A stretch of 55,810 nt of DNA, the filler included, from Platydemus manokwari (taxonomy: Eukaryota), in assembly GCA_037951405.1 (NCBI GenBank). It is 4 parts of 4 records of this genome, joined end to end, with 100 filler letters (N's around TTAATTAATTAA, not from the genome) between each part and the next. Parts side by side here need not be neighbours in the genome. Positions count along the whole stretch, not along the records: positions 40,716 to 55,810 come from JBBMOY011351426.1; 3 more parts are not named here. One strand, given 5' to 3'. Made by a program: the position numbers and the translations under genes. The notes beneath the pieces were generated by a model. It did no database searches and was not told where the DNA came from. It saw nothing but the letters and a program-made list of their open reading frames with translations. Shown here piece after piece: positions 51,291 through 55,810 of the stretch. Each line of letters starts with the position of its first letter. Position 1 is the stretch's first letter.

Positions 51291-54200
51291 TTATTCATTT
51301 TAAATTAATAGACGTTTCATAAATAAATTAATATAAATCACTTATTGAAAAAATCAATTCGTATTAATTCACCTTAAAGAAATGGTAAAAAAATTCATTT
51401 TAATTTTATCGGGTCAAATAAGGTGAATATAAAAATACCATTCGACATTTATTCAGATATTGCATTGATGAAATTTTTAGTTCAATAATTTCAGATTCAA
51501 GAACATTTTCTGGTTATAAATAAATAAATAAATAATTTTGGTGAAAATATTCTTATAATAGTTATTCCATATTTTAGAATCAAATCATTATTTTCTTTTA
51601 AAATATAAAATAGTATGCTGAACAAATTTATCACCTTCATCTAACTGAATGTGATTAAATGAAAAACAATCAATCTGAATTGATCAGGCAATAATTTGAG
51701 ATATTTTAAAGACCAGTTTAACACAAGTGTGAAATAAAATAATAAATAAAATATTGGAAAATAATTTTTTTTCAAAATTATATTTCTAGTCTCGAATTGA
51801 AAACAAAACAATACAAGGACTAAGATTTGAACTGGCCAAGATGTTGTCATTAACTCCAAATGAGTCTAGTGCTTTATTCTTGATAATAATATTAGGAGGA
51901 CTCACAACTGGGCTTATTTATATATTTATGATTGAATTAATCAGGTGGACCTAATGTTTGAATGAATTGTTTGGTTGTATATGAATTAAATAAATAAATC
52001 ATTATATTTCTATCGGTGATATTTTAATTATATTATATTTATAAACAATTTACAGAAATTATTAGTACCTAAAAGTAGTAAATGGTATCGTAATAAATTA
52101 ATATTGATAATCTAAAATAATTATTTTTCTATTTTATTACAAATTGAATTGTTTTGTTTGAATTAAAATGAGTAAAAATTGTATTTTAACTTCAATATGA
52201 TCTTCAAGAAAATTTTCAAATTAAGCAATTATTTGATAGTTATATCACTATTATCACTGTTTGTCTGAATTTTCTTATGAGATAAATTTCTCTATGAAAG
52301 GTTTACGATGAAATGCAATGATGTGTTTATTGAAAGCTCTATGACCGACATATCATTGACACTAACTTCATTCTCATTCGCTAACTTCAATATACTAGCA
52401 AAAATTGCAGTTCCCATTCTACTTATTCCCATCTTATTCCAAGTCAATAAGCGCAACTTTAGAAACATTTCGCAAATATGAAATATCAATCTACTTATAG
52501 TAACTATCGAAAGATCCTCAAATTATTTAAATCATTAGCTATCAAATTCCGAAGCCTAATTTCAAAATTTCGACTTGATTTCTGTCAATATATTCGGATT
52601 AATGTTTTAAAATTTTGATTATCTTTTTAAAAATAACAAGTCTTGATTATTTTTGTTTACTAATATATGAGATTGTTATATGTGTTTGGTTCGTGGGGGG
52701 GGGGGGGTTTCGAGAGCAAGCATTGATGACTATCGGCACTAGTTATTTAAAGGTCTTTTATAATTTAAAAATAATATTATGAGCTCGTAAAGTTCTAAAC
52801 AGGATTTTATTAACCATTCGTTTAAATGTGGTTATGATTTAAATTTTATCATAGTTATTGATGAATTAACTACCAATTCAATATCTATTTATATTTTTTT
52901 ATTTTTGAAGACATGAAATTAGAAATATATCAAATAATAAACAATAATACAAAAAGAAATTCAATTCCCGACGCCCCTCAGAAGTGAATTAACCTTAACT
53001 TTCGGAGATCATACTGCTTTGCATTGAATATTCAGTGTGATTTAGGTTGTGGTTACTAACGATATGGGTTTTGTGATTTTAAATTATGATTTTTGGTACT
53101 TAGCATCAATTGATATCGTAACATATTTGTAATAAATTACAAGTTAAATAACGTAGTGAATTGCACCATGGAAACAAAAATGTAAATAATACTAAGAGAC
53201 CCTAGACTTCAAAGAACAATAAATAATCGATATTCTACTGACAAATCGGCTTATTTGAAATCATTCAAAATTCCAATCGTCAGTGAAACCTCCAAGAGGA
53301 AATCAATAATCAAAGAATTCTATAAAATCAAAAAAATCATATATTCGAAATCAACTCAGCCACATTCAAGATGCAGATAGCAAACACAACTGTTATTCAG
53401 TAAATATAACATGTACACTTTTATTGTCGCAGAACCCCCCGTTATCATGAAATTCATTATACATACGTATTCATTTGAATTCTTTTATTTGTCGACTTCT
53501 TTATTACATATACTCTAATCGTAGCAGTTTTTCATAACTTAGTTTTTGTGCTCAGTTATAAGTCTCCATGGAAAAGAACCATTATCCAGAAATTGTCTCA
53601 TAATGCTCACTAACATAATAGGTAACTACTTCATTTCACTAAATTAATCTACAGATAATAATACAATACTATAATAATAATATAGCTGGCAAACAAAGGT
53701 GAACGAATATTATTTTTAAAAATAAAATTCCAAAACAATATGATTCCTAATGATAAATTTTCATTTAACCTATTAAAAATATTATACAATACCATGTTAC
53801 TTTCTCAATACTTACTCAAGTTTGTGACGGATTCTTAAGTAGAGAAAATATACCAGAATTTTCCTTCTTTAATTCAAAAAATGTATAGTTTTTGAGCTTT
53901 TTATCACAACATTTATTTTTGTATATCTTATAGTTTGACGATAAACATTTTTACGGATTCTGACAGCAGTGAGTTTTTTGAGTGTGTAACAAAACAACAA
54001 AGATACCTACAAAGACCAGCACCAGTGTCAAAAGCCAATCAAATGCCTCCAAAATATTAATCCATTAATATAATTCGATAATCAATTGATGCATATCAAT
54101 AACTGGAAACAAGCAATAGCATGAGAGATAGAAGAGAATCCATTAATAAACTACTATATGTGTTATCAACTAATAAAAAAGATAAAGATGCAAGACAACA

Positions 54201-55810
54201 AGTAAACACGCAGGACAAGTCTATAAAAGGAGTTGAATCTCTCTAACAACTGGTAGTCTTTCATGGTCAGTTACTTTTTGTCTTATTCTTTTATGTAATA
54301 ATTCTAATGACCAATTTTTTATGATCGTTATTTCTGTCTCTATTTAATATTTCGGGTATCGATTTCGTTATGGATCGATTATTGACTTTTGTTAGAAAAT
54401 GTATTTACAAATTTATTTAAAATTGTTATTCGTGATTATAATTATACATTTGAATATTTAAGGTTAGTGGATATTTAACAAGTTGATAACCAAATATTTA
54501 CTGATTGATCGCTCGTGCTGCTTATTAAAAATACTAATACCTGTGAAAGCATTTTTCTATTCTGCTTGTGTATGTTGGATGTCCTCAACTTCCATGGGAA
54601 TTTATGATTTCCAAAATACAGATTGGAGTTGTAGATTTATGTCAATTTGATTATGCGTTGTCATGTAACCAAATATTTGTTCAAATTGAAATCTTTGTTC
54701 TATGCTGGCTCTATTGGTATATTCAAAAGTGGGAATGATTATTATTTTGTTTGTGATTTCTTTATATTCTACACTTTTAAAGTTATATTGTTGGGGTCAT
54801 CCTACCAATAAAATCAACAACAACTCACCAACATCACCCATCAACACCACGAACAATTTATAAACGTTGTAAATATTAAATGTTATCCCACCAACATTCA
54901 CACAGAACATTGTAAATATGGTAACACATTGAAAAACAAACTACCCATAACACCGGCCCGTGCAGTATAATAACATGGTATTTACCTGGTTCTTCCCAAA
55001 CTATGGATGAAGAAGTAGAACAAATCAGATAATAACTGTTGGATGGTTGATGTCGGTTAACTAACAATGTATAAAGACATTAATAATAAATAACAATTTT
55101 GAATAATTTGATTTGCGAGACTTTGATGGTATTGATTTAATAATAATCGATAGTGTTATTTTTTGATTTATTTGGTTATTATTTTGTTGTAATAATATAT
55201 ATATTGTTGGGTTGTGGTTGATGTTAATTTGTTTGCTGTTAGAAACAACTCAACAGCGTGAGTCCCTTTATTTTTATCTGTATATATCAACAACAAATAA
55301 TTCACAACAAATTTTATTCAAATTACTAAATGATAAACAATATAACAAGTGTCACGCAGGTTAGCTCGTTCAAAAAATTAATAAAACAAATTGACTGTGG
55401 TTATCTCACAGAGACCGTGAGAACCTTTGTGTAAGCCTTAACAGTTTATTATTGATTTTAATATATTAATATGACTCCAAAGGGAGATTCTTTAGAGCAA
55501 AACAAACAATGTCTTCGATTCAAATAAAACAAATTATTACTCGCTCTATTTCAATTCTCCGTAATGCAAATTTTAGAAGTTAGATTTTTAAGAGTGAATT
55601 GTGATGGAAATCCCTCAACTTATATAGCCGTTGAAATCCGGTACTTTGTACCCGGGAATTTCCATCACGTTTATGAATTTTAAACTATTTTCTAACTTTT
55701 GATCTTTAATATTTATAATTACAAAAGTTCAAGACCTTAAATATTCTTTATAGTTTTCCTAACCTTACAAATTTTATTATTAAAATTACTGACATTACTT
55801 ATTAATTATT

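Noticed and set aside
52695-52707. G13 homopolymer in AT-rich DNA
   Set aside because: An isolated run with no associated element or structure.

Overview
Very AT-rich, intron-containing eukaryotic (metazoan) DNA. The composition, the many 45-70 nt introns and a cecropia-type mariner suggest a triclad flatworm (planarian), but this is inference only. Three identical 100-bp spacers (44 N + TTAATTAATTAA + 44 N) show that four unrelated scaffolds were concatenated: 1-12567, 12668-27755, 27856-40615 and 40716-55810. Gene order across the spacers therefore has no meaning. Manual splicing recovers partial TMEM63/OSCA and ATP11-like P4-ATPase genes, an RGK GTPase, the 3' end of an AGAP/centaurin-gamma ArfGAP, a Rab30-like GTPase, an intronless stomatin, a divergent DOCK N-terminus, a complete mitochondrial uS11m (mrps11), the 3' end of CHD1L/ALC1 and a secreted EGF/TSP1 protein. 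There are also decayed hAT (Buster), mariner, Merlin-like, LINE-like and LTR-like elements and a tRNA-Gly-derived pseudogene. The best hidden signal, missed by the ORF track, is in CHD1L: the macrodomain continues into a C-terminal BRCT domain (absent from human ALC1) that is only completed by splicing a 1021-nt U12-type AT-AC intron. All family calls come from motif recognition, not database searches.
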